NCBI GenBank assembly: GCA_003142255.1
Contig: PLLO01000006.1
Coordinates: 211,419 to 275,418, forward strand
DNA: 64,000 nt
Reading direction: 5' to 3'
DNA from: Bacteroidales bacterium
GTDB lineage: Bacteria > Bacteroidota > Bacteroidia > Bacteroidales > VadinHA17
The translations under genes were made by a program, and so were the position numbers. Below are positions 1 through 9,152 of the stretch, piece by piece; within the stretch, counting starts at the first letter, position 1, and each line of letters starts with the position of its first letter. Below the pieces are notes generated by a model. It saw only the letters and a list, made by a program, of their open reading frames with translations, made no database searches and was not told where the DNA came from.

Positions 1-27
1 TCTCTTTCATGGAAAATAAATCTGTTT

Positions 28-35
28 TATCTTTG
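28..35 (+). promoter_or_regulatory. Bacteroidota sigma-ABfr -7 box (TATCTTTG)
   Basis: Exact TAnnTTTG match about 60 nt upstream of the ATG at 97; no clear -33 TTTG. Confidence 0.55.
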
Positions 36-96
36 TGGCGATTATAATTTCCAGGTCATTTGGATGCTGATCAGTAAAAACATTAATAATAATATC

Positions 97-861
97 ATGA
101 GCAAATACATTTATCTAACATGCACTCCTGAAGCACTTGTTGCTTCAATGCTTCCCCCTGAAGGATTTGGAATGTATCTTTCGACAGGTACAAAAAAACG
201 CAACAAAGGGCAGGTAATCTTTTTTGAGGTCGACCTTTCAAAAATTGAAAACCTCATAGATATGGATAGCCTGAACAAGAGGTGTGTTGCCAAGGAAGAC
301 GGCAGCCCGAAAAGTTCTGTCTATCTCTCTGTTTACAGAGTTCTGGAAACGATCCCGGTTTCAGCGTTAAAAAGTCTGTACCTGACAGCAGATAATGGTT
401 GTATTCTGGAATTGAAAAAAGCAGATTATAACAAAAGCCAGGAGCCCCAAAACGCCCTGCATCTTTACCAGGAATTATGTCCGGTAACACCGCTTGTTGC
501 AAGCGGACTTCCTCCATCAGTATTTCTGAAAAGGCTTACTGACGGCTCGACTTCTATAGTTCTGCCTAAGCTGTTTTTTGTAGAGCTGAAGCTCGGAGAG
601 TTATCTACAAATCCATTAAACGGTTCAGCAGAGCAGATTCCATATTCAAATGTCGGTCATCTGAGGGATTGTCTTGAGATACTGAAAGGCGAATATGAGA
701 AGCACATGAAAACTGTCCAGAGAGTATTTTCCGGTCTTCTGCTTTACAGAACAATTGAGACAGGATTTTATGTAGGAGCAAAAGAGGAAATAGCTTTTTA
801 TCCTTATCCAACCATGTCGGAACTGGAGAACATTAATTATGAATTTTTTAGAGCTATTTAG
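97..861 (+). CDS. conserved hypothetical protein with internal two-fold duplication
   Basis: ORF track starts at 64; ATG at 97 (MSKYIYL) follows an A-rich leader and is preferred. The halves resemble each other (YLTCTPEALVASMLPPEGF..IFFEVDL vs YQELCPVTPLVASGLPPSVF..LFFVELKL). Confidence 0.75.
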   Translation: MSKYIYLTCTPEALVASMLPPEGFGMYLSTGTKKRNKGQVIFFEVDLSKIENLIDMDSLNKRCVAKEDGSPKSSVYLSVYRVLETIPVSALKSLYLTADNGCILELKKADYNKSQEPQNALHLYQELCPVTPLVASGLPPSVFLKRLTDGSTSIVLPKLFFVELKLGELSTNPLNGSAEQIPYSNVGHLRDCLEILKGEYEKHMKTVQRVFSGLLLYRTIETGFYVGAKEEIAFYPYPTMSELENINYEFFRAI

Positions 862-887
862 TACAAATTATTAATTAATAATCAATT

Positions 888-3167
888 ATGTTAAGCTTAC
901 CGGGGGCAACCCCATTTGAGGTCATAGGTCTCTGGATTGTGCTTCTTATAGCATTCCTGGGATTGGCTTATGCGTTGTTTCTTCGCAAGCAGGTATTGGC
1001 TTACGATAAGGGAACAGAAAAGATGCAGGATGTGTGGAATGGGATACGCTTGGGAGCTAACGCATATTTGAAAAGGCAATTAAAAACTATTGTCCCTCTT
1101 ATTTTGGTTTTTACAATAATCCTTTTCCTATCAGTTTACGTGGTTCCTCCATCAGATGAGGCGAAATTACGTTTTGCCGGTTATCCCGACCAGACACTTA
1201 AGCTGATCATGGGCTTTGGCCGTGCAATAGCATTCGTAATGGGTTCTGTATTTTCTCTGATGGTTGGCCAGTTCGGTATGAGAATGGCTGTTCAGGCAAA
1301 CGTCCGGGTAGCTTCAGCATCAAGAAGAAGCTTTGGTGAGGCACTGAAAATTGCTTACCGTGCAGGTACCGTAACCGGTATGCTTACAGATGGTTTAGGA
1401 CTGCTTGGTGGCACCGCGATATTTCTTATTTTTGGAGTTGCATCACCTGATACACTGCTTGGATTTGGCTTTGGCGGCACATTGCTGGCCCTCTTCATGA
1501 GAGTTGGTGGTGGTATCTATACAAAAGCTGCTGACGTAGGCGCTGACCTTGTAGGAAAAGTCGAAGCCGGACTCCCGGAAGATGACGAACGAAATGCTGC
1601 AGTTATAGCTGACCTCGTTGGCGATAATGTTGGTGACTGTGCCGGTATGGCAGCAGATATATTTGAATCGTATGAGGTAACAATAGTTTCAACCTTAATA
1701 CTCGGGGTTGCTCTTTTTACTCATACACATGAACTTTCATGGATTATTTTCCCGCTTATGGTAAGAGGTATTGGTGTTTTCTCTTCCGTAATAGGTACTT
1801 ACCTTGTAAAAGTGAATAAAAATTCAGAGAGTCACAATGCACTTTCAGCAATTAACAAAGGTTTCTATTCTTCAGCTGCAATCAGTGTTATATTATTTGG
1901 GATAGTTTCACATTTCTATCTTCATGACTGGCGTTCATTTTTGTCAGTTGTAGTTGGTATTATTCTTGCAATTTCACTTGATGAAATCACCAAACGATTT
2001 ACAGACGGGAAATTTCGTCCTGTCAGAGAAATCGCTAAAAATTCAAAAACCGGTTCCGCTACTCTGTTATTAAAGGGATTGAGTTATGGATTTGAAGCTG
2101 CCGTATGGCAGACATTGGTGATTGCATTAACAATTTTTGCATCAATTATGATCTATCACGGGATGCCTGTAACTTATGTTCTTTATGGAGTTGCAATGAC
2201 CGGTATAGGGATGCTTACTCTTACCGGGAACAATGTAGCCATGGATGCTTTCGGGCCTATTGCTGACAACGCAAACGGTATCGGTGAATTATCACATCTC
2301 GATAAGGAGTCGCGCAAGATCATGGATGCACTCGATGCTACCGGGAATACTACCAAAGCTATTACCAAAGGAGTTGCTATCGGCTCAGCCGTTATTGCTG
2401 CAGTTTCATTGTTCGGATCTTTCATTACAGATGTAAGTAAAGTTCAGATCCAGGCAGGACTTGATCAGGCAGCATCATTGCTCGGTACCGGTATACGTAT
2501 TTCGGTTCCGATGATATTTGTCGGATTCCTTATCGGTGGAGTTATACCATGGCTATTCTCTTCTCTGACAATAAATGCTGTAACACGAGCTGCTGCTCAG
2601 ATTGTCGATGAAGTACGCCGTCAGTTCAGAATCCCCGGGGTTCTTGAATGGAAAGTAAAACCTGATTATCAGAATGCTGTTGATATTTGTACCAAATCGG
2701 CACAAAGAGAACTTATCCCCCTGGCATTAATTGGAGTGTTATCTCCTATTTGTGTGGGAGCTTTGCTGGGTGTTGAAGCCCTTGGAGGTTTCCTTGCCGG
2801 AGTAATCCTTTCAGGACAGATGCTTGCAGTATTTATGTCAACTTCAGGTGGTGCATGGGATAATGCTAAAAAAACCATTGAAGACGGCCTCTATGGCGGC
2901 AAAGGATCGGAAGCTCACAAAGCAGCTGTTGTAGGTGATACTGTTGGAGATCCTCTCAAAGACACAGCAGGACCAGCTCTTAACCCGATGATCAAGGTTA
3001 TAAACATGGTTTCACTTCTTTGTGCTCCTGTCCTGGTTGTTTATCAGATGCCAGGGCAATCACAAGCAGGTATGATAACCTCTGGATTTTTCTGTATTGC
3101 AATAATTGTAGGATCAATCATGTTCTCTAAACGGGGCGGATTTAAGAAACAACCTTTCGAGTCTTAA
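888..3167 (+). CDS. hppA: membrane-bound H+-translocating pyrophosphatase, K+-independent type (possibly the divergent subfamily)
   Basis: mPPase motifs GGGIYTKAADVGADLVGKVE, DNVGDCAG, GGAWDNAKK, GDTVGDPLKD; K+-independence signature GNTTKAITKG at 2343-2372; many TM helices. Confidence 0.93.
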   Translation: MLSLPGATPFEVIGLWIVLLIAFLGLAYALFLRKQVLAYDKGTEKMQDVWNGIRLGANAYLKRQLKTIVPLILVFTIILFLSVYVVPPSDEAKLRFAGYPDQTLKLIMGFGRAIAFVMGSVFSLMVGQFGMRMAVQANVRVASASRRSFGEALKIAYRAGTVTGMLTDGLGLLGGTAIFLIFGVASPDTLLGFGFGGTLLALFMRVGGGIYTKAADVGADLVGKVEAGLPEDDERNAAVIADLVGDNVGDCAGMAADIFESYEVTIVSTLILGVALFTHTHELSWIIFPLMVRGIGVFSSVIGTYLVKVNKNSESHNALSAINKGFYSSAAISVILFGIVSHFYLHDWRSFLSVVVGIILAISLDEITKRFTDGKFRPVREIAKNSKTGSATLLLKGLSYGFEAAVWQTLVIALTIFASIMIYHGMPVTYVLYGVAMTGIGMLTLTGNNVAMDAFGPIADNANGIGELSHLDKESRKIMDALDATGNTTKAITKGVAIGSAVIAAVSLFGSFITDVSKVQIQAGLDQAASLLGTGIRISVPMIFVGFLIGGVIPWLFSSLTINAVTRAAAQIVDEVRRQFRIPGVLEWKVKPDYQNAVDICTKSAQRELIPLALIGVLSPICVGALLGVEALGGFLAGVILSGQMLAVFMSTSGGAWDNAKKTIEDGLYGGKGSEAHKAAVVGDTVGDPLKDTAGPALNPMIKVINMVSLLCAPVLVVYQMPGQSQAGMITSGFFCIAIIVGSIMFSKRGGFKKQPFES

Positions 3168-3180
3168 TATTATCATTATA

Positions 3181-3212
3181 AATTCCGGCAGGGAAACCTG
3201 CCGGAATTTTTA
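3181..3212 (+). terminator. intrinsic terminator
   Basis: Perfect 12-bp stem AATTCCGGCAGG-GAAA-CCTGCCGGAATT followed by T-run, 13 nt after the hppA stop. Confidence 0.85.
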
Positions 3213-3337
3213 TATATTTAGGGCTTTAACAAGCCAACAGTAAGTTCTGTTGTCAGTTCGATTGGGAAATGCCACGATTGTGAACAATTTTTCTTAAAAA
3301 ACTTTGTTTCAGAGTATAATGATATAATCAAATCAAT

Positions 3338-4051
3338 ATGACAGCAACTCTTTTGTATAGTACTACGGCTTTTGATACGCTGAATAAAGCTATTGCGGCT
3401 GCACCCGCGCTTCCCTCGCAACCGGCCCCTCATATGATGTCTATGATGGACATCGTGATGAAGGGTGGTATTATCATGATCCCCATCCTTATCCTTTCCA
3501 TAATAGCTATTTATGTTTTCATTGAGCGCTACCTGACTATAAGGCGTCATATAAGTGCAGATGTGGACTTCATGAACAGTATCCATGACTTTATTCTAAA
3601 GGGACAAACCGATTCTGCCCTTACGCTTTGCCAGAATACGCCCAAGCCTATAGCCAGAATGATCGAGAAAGGGATTTCACGCATAGGCAAGCCTATCAAA
3701 GAGATTGAAGAATCAATTGAGATAGCCGGAAAATTTGAGGTTTATGACCTTGAAAAAAACGTACAGATTCTTGCAGTCATTGCCGGAATTGCTCCGATGT
3801 TCGGCTTCCTCGGGACCATAATCGGGGTAATAAAGATATTTTATAATATTTCGATGACGAGCGATGTCAGTATCGGCACTGTTTCTGCCGGGCTCTATAC
3901 CAAGATGGTGAGCAGCGCTTCGGGACTTATTGTCGGTATCCTTGCTTATATAGGCTACCATTGGCTCAACCAGCTCTTAAATAAAGCCATCCACCAGCTT
4001 GAATGGAACGCCATGAATTTCATAGACCTCCTTAAAAGCCCTTCAAAATGA
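3338..4051 (+). CDS. exbB: MotA/TolQ/ExbB proton channel protein
   Basis: Three TM segments, APMFGFLGTIIG motif, followed by an overlapping exbD. Confidence 0.9.
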   Translation: MTATLLYSTTAFDTLNKAIAAAPALPSQPAPHMMSMMDIVMKGGIIMIPILILSIIAIYVFIERYLTIRRHISADVDFMNSIHDFILKGQTDSALTLCQNTPKPIARMIEKGISRIGKPIKEIEESIEIAGKFEVYDLEKNVQILAVIAGIAPMFGFLGTIIGVIKIFYNISMTSDVSIGTVSAGLYTKMVSSASGLIVGILAYIGYHWLNQLLNKAIHQLEWNAMNFIDLLKSPSK

Positions 4052-4449
4052 TTGAGCTTCGCAAGAAAAAAGACTTTACTGTCGAAGTATTCACTTCCTC
4101 GATGAACGACATCATGTTTTTTCTTATGCTGTTCTTCATCATCACATCCACGCTTCTCAATCCAAGCATGATAAAGGTTTCATTGCCCAGTTCAAAGAGC
4201 AGCCAGTCGATTCAGAAGAGAGAGATTAATCTGACAATGACGAAAGAAAAGGTTTATTTCGTGGATAATACCCAGGTCCCTTTTGATGGGCTTGAAGCAC
4301 AACTGAAAAAAGAACTGGCACATTATCCCGATGCCTTCATCATGCTGCGTGTTGATAACACGCTGCCCATTCAGGATTTGGTAAATGTCCTTTCCTTAGG
4401 AAACGCACTGAATGCCAAAATGATAATCGCCACGGCAAAATCACATTAA
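4048..4449 (+). CDS. exbD: biopolymer transport protein ExbD/TolR
   Basis: SSMNDIMFFLMLFFII TM with conserved Asp; LRVDNTLP motif; 4-nt ATGA overlap with exbB. Confidence 0.9.
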   Translation: MIELRKKKDFTVEVFTSSMNDIMFFLMLFFIITSTLLNPSMIKVSLPSSKSSQSIQKREINLTMTKEKVYFVDNTQVPFDGLEAQLKKELAHYPDAFIMLRVDNTLPIQDLVNVLSLGNALNAKMIIATAKSH

Positions 4450-4507
4450 AGCAGATAATTTATAATAACCTATTGTAGGGCCGAGCTGTCCTCTTTTAAA
4501 CAATATT

Positions 4508-4548
4508 AAAACCTGCCAGTCTGAAAAAAGATGACAGGTTTTCTTATT
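4508..4548 (+). terminator. probable intrinsic terminator (REP-like hairpin) after exbD
   Basis: AAAACCTGCCA...TGACAGGTTTT inverted repeat with one mismatch, then TTTTCTTATT. Confidence 0.55.
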
Positions 4549-4744
4549 AGCAGACTTATTGTTTAAAAATAGAGGGGTTTAAAATTATTCTTAAATCATG
4601 CAAATCAATTTTTTTTTATTAATATCAGCCTTTCAAAAAAAATGTAAATAGGTTTGAATTTAATCTCCCTGTTTACAGAATTATAGAAATTATTGTTTAC
4701 TAAATAATTGTAATGATACTTGTTGAATATTTAAAATTTAAATT

Positions 4745-7045
4745 ATGATTAGTAGCTTATTCTGGATTGTTCCAATTTCAGCATTAACTGCATTATTGTT
4801 CGCCTGGATCTTCTTCAAGGGAATGAAGAAGGAAGAGGAAGGAACAGAAAAAATGCAGGAAATTGCTGCGTACGTCAGGGAAGGTGCTATGGCCTACCTT
4901 AAAAGCCAGTACACTGTTGTTACCAAGGTATTCATTGTTCTTGCTGTTTTGTTGGCCATTCTTGCCTATATGGGTGTACAGAACCCATTTGTTCCCGTTG
5001 CCTTCCTTACAGGAGGTTTCTTCTCCGGGCTTTGTGGTTATCTGGGAATGAAAACTGCAACATATGCATCCAACAGGACTGCATGGGGCGCTTCAAAATC
5101 CTTAAACAAAGGTTTAAATATTGCTCTCAGGAGCGGTGCCGTTATGGGCCTTGTTGTCGTGGGATTTGGCTTACTCGACATTGCCCTCTGGTTCCTCCTG
5201 CTTACCAGGGTTATTTTTACACCTGAACACATGGCAACGGGTCTCCAGTGGCTTGGTCTTACATTTGTTCAAAAGGGAATTGATCAACACCAGGCGTTTG
5301 TCGAAATTACTGCAACAATGATCACATTTGGTATGGGTGCATCAACTCAGGCTCTCTTTGCACGTGTCGGGGGCGGCATCTTTACAAAAGCTGCTGACGT
5401 AGGTGCAGACCTGGTTGGCAAGCTTGAGGCCGGCATACCCGAGGATGACCCTCGTAACCCAGCTACAATTGCTGATAACGTTGGTGATAATGTTGGTGAC
5501 GTTGCCGGTATGGGTGCAGACCTTTATGAATCATATGCAGGATCAATCCTTTCAACCGCAGCTCTTGGTGCCGCTCTTCCGGCCATAGTTGGTCAGGGTG
5601 ATTATCAGATAAAAGCCATTATAGCTCCGATGCTGGTTTCAGCAATCGGCATATTGCTTTCAATAGCAGGTATTTATATGATAAGGACTAAAGAGGATGC
5701 ATCTCCGAAAACTCTTCTTCGCGCCCTTCTTCTTGGCACCGGAGGCAGTTCAGCCCTCATCCTTGCAGTGCTTGCAGTTATGGCCTGGGCAAACTGGATT
5801 ACATGGGGTGTATTCGGTGCTGCAGTCTCAGGTCTTGTTGCCGGTGTTATTATCGGTCAGGCTACGGAATATTTTACATCTGACGGATATAAACCCACAC
5901 AAGGTATAGCAAAACAATCACAGCAAGGTCCGGCCACTGTACTTATTGAAGGTATGGCTGTTGGAATGTTCTCAACCTGGGTTCCGGTTCTTACAATTAT
6001 TGCCGGGATTATCGCTGCATACGGTTTCGCCGGCGGATTCCACAATTTTGCAACTGGCATTTATGGCGTTGGCTTTGCAGCAGTAGGAATGCTATCTACT
6101 CTTGGAATTACACTTGCAACTGATGCATTTGGTCCAATTGCTGATAATGCAGGCGGTAACGCTGAGATGTCAGAACTTCCAAAAGAAGTCAGAGAAAGAA
6201 CTGATGCACTTGACGGACTCGGAAATACAACCGCAGCTACAGGTAAAGGTTTTGCAATTGGTTCAGCAGCTCTTACGGCACTTGCTCTGGTTGCAGCATA
6301 TATAGAAGAAATAAAACTATGGCTTGGCAGGCTTGCTGACAAAAGCGTCGATGGTTATAAACAGATTGGCGATGTATTGTTTTATAAGAGCCATGCACCT
6401 GCAGTTGTTCAGGCCGGACAGCATGCAATTTTGGTTACTGATGCAGGTATAAAAGATTTTGTATCGGCATATAACCTTTCATTATTCAATCCGATATTAC
6501 TGGCCGGTCTTTTCATTGGCGCCATGATGTGTTTCGTGTTCGTGGCAATGGCAATGAAAGCAGTCGGAAGGAATGCAGGACGAATGGTCGATGAGGTAAG
6601 ACGCCAGTTCAAGGAAATCCCGGGCATCATGGAAGGAACCGGGAAACCTGAATATGCAAAATGCGTTGCTATTGCAACCAAGGGGGCGCAGAAAGAAATG
6701 GTAATTCCAGCCCTTATGGCTATTATAGTTCCTGTTGTAACAGGTATCATTTTTGGAGTTCCCGGAGTTGTTGGTCTGCTTATGGGCGGAATGACAACAG
6801 GTTTCACTCTGGCCAGCATGTTGAATAATGCCGGCGGTGCATGGGATAATGCCAAGAAATTCATTGAAAGAGGCAATTACGGCGGCAAGGGAAGCGAATG
6901 CCACAAAGCAAGTATCGTTGGTGATACCGTTGGTGATCCGTTCAAAGATACTTGTGGTCCATCTATGAATATCCTGATCAAGCTTATGTCGATGGTTGCC
7001 GTAGTTATGGCAGGTGTGACCGTTGCGTTCAGTATTTTCGGATAA
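4745..7045 (+). CDS. hppA: K+-dependent Na+ (probably Na+/H+) translocating membrane pyrophosphatase
   Basis: Same mPPase motifs; K+-dependent signature GNTTAATGKG at 6221-6250; T89/F93/D145 and the TMITFGMG Met match the residues I recall as the Na+,H+-PPase signature of Bacteroides vulgatus. Confidence 0.92.
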   Translation: MISSLFWIVPISALTALLFAWIFFKGMKKEEEGTEKMQEIAAYVREGAMAYLKSQYTVVTKVFIVLAVLLAILAYMGVQNPFVPVAFLTGGFFSGLCGYLGMKTATYASNRTAWGASKSLNKGLNIALRSGAVMGLVVVGFGLLDIALWFLLLTRVIFTPEHMATGLQWLGLTFVQKGIDQHQAFVEITATMITFGMGASTQALFARVGGGIFTKAADVGADLVGKLEAGIPEDDPRNPATIADNVGDNVGDVAGMGADLYESYAGSILSTAALGAALPAIVGQGDYQIKAIIAPMLVSAIGILLSIAGIYMIRTKEDASPKTLLRALLLGTGGSSALILAVLAVMAWANWITWGVFGAAVSGLVAGVIIGQATEYFTSDGYKPTQGIAKQSQQGPATVLIEGMAVGMFSTWVPVLTIIAGIIAAYGFAGGFHNFATGIYGVGFAAVGMLSTLGITLATDAFGPIADNAGGNAEMSELPKEVRERTDALDGLGNTTAATGKGFAIGSAALTALALVAAYIEEIKLWLGRLADKSVDGYKQIGDVLFYKSHAPAVVQAGQHAILVTDAGIKDFVSAYNLSLFNPILLAGLFIGAMMCFVFVAMAMKAVGRNAGRMVDEVRRQFKEIPGIMEGTGKPEYAKCVAIATKGAQKEMVIPALMAIIVPVVTGIIFGVPGVVGLLMGGMTTGFTLASMLNNAGGAWDNAKKFIERGNYGGKGSECHKASIVGDTVGDPFKDTCGPSMNILIKLMSMVAVVMAGVTVAFSIFG

Positions 7046-7065
7046 TAGTTGATAATAATAATATT

Positions 7066-7096
7066 AAAAAGCTGCTCATTACGGGCAGCTTTTTTT
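7066..7096 (+). terminator. intrinsic terminator
   Basis: AAAAAGCTGCTC-ATTAC-GGGCAGCTTTTTTT hairpin with T-run. Confidence 0.85.
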
Positions 7097-7128
7097 GTTA
7101 ATTTGGTATGTCACTAATTTTATGAGAA

Positions 7129-8073
7129 ATGAATCTCCCGTCCCTCTCTGATATCCGGTCTGCTCATTCCAGGATAAAACCATTTATTCATCAAACACCT
7201 GTTTTGACTTCACAGCAGCTTAATAAAATATTCGGCTGTGAGCTGTTCTTCAAATGCGAGAATTTCCAGAAGGTGGGAGCATTTAAGTTCAGGGGAGCAA
7301 CAAATGCTGTCCTCTCACTGAAAGATGATGAAAAACAAAGGGGAGTTGTAACTCATTCATCGGGAAATCATGCGGCAGCGCTTTCCCTGGCAGCAAGAAT
7401 GAACGATGTTAAAGCTTTCATTGTGATGCCTGAAACCGCTCCTGAAGTCAAAAAAAATGCAGTAAAGGGATATGGAGCTGAAATCACATTCTGTAAACCA
7501 ACCCTTCAGGCACGTGAAGAGACAGCACAAAAAATAATTGACAGAACCGGGGCAATTCTGGTTCATCCCTATGATAATTTCAATGTAATTTGCGGACAGG
7601 GCACCGCATCGGTTGAATTACTGAATATGGTGCCTGATCTGGAAATTATTGTTGCACCGATTGGTGGAGGAGGATTGATGAGCGGAACCTCGACGGCCGT
7701 AAAAGGTATTAACAACAATATAAGTGTCATCGGCGCCGAGCCTCTCAATGCCAGCGACGCCAGGGAATCATTTAAGACCGGAAGGATTATCCCCTCTGTA
7801 AATCCAGTAACAATAGCTGATGGGCTGCTCACATCGCTCAGCGAGTTAACCTTTACAATAATCAGAAAAAATGTCGATGATATTTTTACCGCCCGCGAGG
7901 AAACGATCATTGAATGCATGCTTTTGGTGTGGGAAAGGATGAAGATAGTTATTGAGCCATCATCAGCAACCGTTCTGGCAATCGTGAAGGAAAATCCGGA
8001 GTTTTTCAGGAATAAGAGAACCGGTCTTATAATAAGCGGTGGCAACGTTGATTTCAGGAAGCTGCCCTTTTAA
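7129..8073 (+). CDS. PLP-dependent threonine/serine dehydratase or serine racemase-like enzyme, no ACT domain
   Basis: FKCENFQKVGAFKFRGA PLP-lysine motif, SSGNHA, PIGGGGL, ISGGNVD; 314 aa catalytic core only. Confidence 0.88.
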   Translation: MNLPSLSDIRSAHSRIKPFIHQTPVLTSQQLNKIFGCELFFKCENFQKVGAFKFRGATNAVLSLKDDEKQRGVVTHSSGNHAAALSLAARMNDVKAFIVMPETAPEVKKNAVKGYGAEITFCKPTLQAREETAQKIIDRTGAILVHPYDNFNVICGQGTASVELLNMVPDLEIIVAPIGGGGLMSGTSTAVKGINNNISVIGAEPLNASDARESFKTGRIIPSVNPVTIADGLLTSLSELTFTIIRKNVDDIFTAREETIIECMLLVWERMKIVIEPSSATVLAIVKENPEFFRNKRTGLIISGGNVDFRKLPF

Positions 8074-9149
8074 GGCTTCTTAATAAAATAAGCTGCAATT
8101 GGGTAATGGTCTGAGTACCTTATTCTTATAATATTAAATATCCGGCATTCAAGAGCGTTGTCATAAAGAATATAATCAATCCTGTTAGGAGGATAGTTGC
8201 CCCTGTAGGTGAAACCTGCCCCGTACCCTGAGCTTACAAATGAATCATTCAGTCCTTTCCGGATCTTGCGGTATGAGTACGACACGGGAGTGTCATTGAA
8301 GTCACCGGCAACAATCACGGGATAAGGCGATGAGTTAACCTGAGCTTTCACTGTCTGGGCTTGCCTGGCCCTCCTGACGAATCCCTTCTTAAGGCTTACG
8401 GAAAGGTTCTTAACCTCATCGAGAGTCTCCTTATCGTCAGGTGTTGTCATCTCCTCCAGAAATGATTTCTCGATACTTCTTAACCGGAAAGATTGCAGAT
8501 GGTTGTTAAAGACCCTGAAAGTGTCTTTTTTAATAACTATGTCTGTATAAATTGAGAGACTTGATGACCCGGTGTGTATTATCTCGCCCTTCCCGACAAT
8601 AGGATACTTGCTGTAAGTTGCAATACCGTAGTAACGGTTTTTACCGTTTCCGATCATTTTCATATGCGAATAATAGCCTCCCCCCAGTGCACTTTTCACA
8701 GAAGAATCCTTAAGTGCCGGATCACCATTGACATAAAATTCCTGCAGGCAGAGAATATCAGGCTTCTGTACCTTCAGAAAGGAAAGTACTTTTTTCTCTG
8801 AACTGATGTTTTGACTCTCGAAGTTATTGAAAAGACGGAGGTTGTAGCTCATTACCTTGAATGTGCCTTCCTTTTTCCCCGTTGACCGGCTGATTTTTAA
8901 ATAATTGGTGAGATGGGTAATACCCGCAGCTATTACCACAACAGAAATCAGCGCTTCAAATTTCAGCAATACAGCCCATGTAAGTGCCAGGAGGATATTC
9001 ACAAGGAGAAGATAGGGGTAGGCAAGACCGAAAAAAGCAGGAAGAGCAAATTTATCAGGGCTTACATGTACGGCAAGGTAAGATATAAGAAGAGATGCTG
9101 CAAAGAGTATATTTACAGCCAGCAGGGCTCTATATGCAATTTTTTTCAC
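8070..9149 (-). CDS. endonuclease/exonuclease/phosphatase (EEP) family protein with N-terminal TM helices
   Basis: KVMSYN, DILCLQE, VAGDFND, RIDYILY, YSDHYP motifs; hydrophobic N-terminus. Confidence 0.88.
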   Translation of the reverse strand: MKKIAYRALLAVNILFAASLLISYLAVHVSPDKFALPAFFGLAYPYLLLVNILLALTWAVLLKFEALISVVVIAAGITHLTNYLKISRSTGKKEGTFKVMSYNLRLFNNFESQNISSEKKVLSFLKVQKPDILCLQEFYVNGDPALKDSSVKSALGGGYYSHMKMIGNGKNRYYGIATYSKYPIVGKGEIIHTGSSSLSIYTDIVIKKDTFRVFNNHLQSFRLRSIEKSFLEEMTTPDDKETLDEVKNLSVSLKKGFVRRARQAQTVKAQVNSSPYPVIVAGDFNDTPVSYSYRKIRKGLNDSFVSSGYGAGFTYRGNYPPNRIDYILYDNALECRIFNIIRIRYSDHYPIAAYFIKKP

Positions 9150-9152
9150 TGG

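Noticed and set aside
3218-3586. His-rich minus-strand ORF (HHDVHHRHH)
   Set aside because: Antisense shadow of the Met-rich exbB N-terminus (ATG read as CAT)
4450-4744. Possible Na+-sensing riboswitch upstream of the Na+/H+-PPase
   Set aside because: I recognise no conserved aptamer; only a terminator-like hairpin and AT-rich DNA. A covariance-model search would be needed to exclude it
6409-6904. Long antisense ORFs (155 and 135 aa) over the second hppA
   Set aside because: Shadow ORFs of a conserved gene
8070-8073. Overlapping stop codons of convergent genes (also 39176-39179 and 53733-53736)
   Set aside because: Common packing in compact AT-rich genomes; no extra signal
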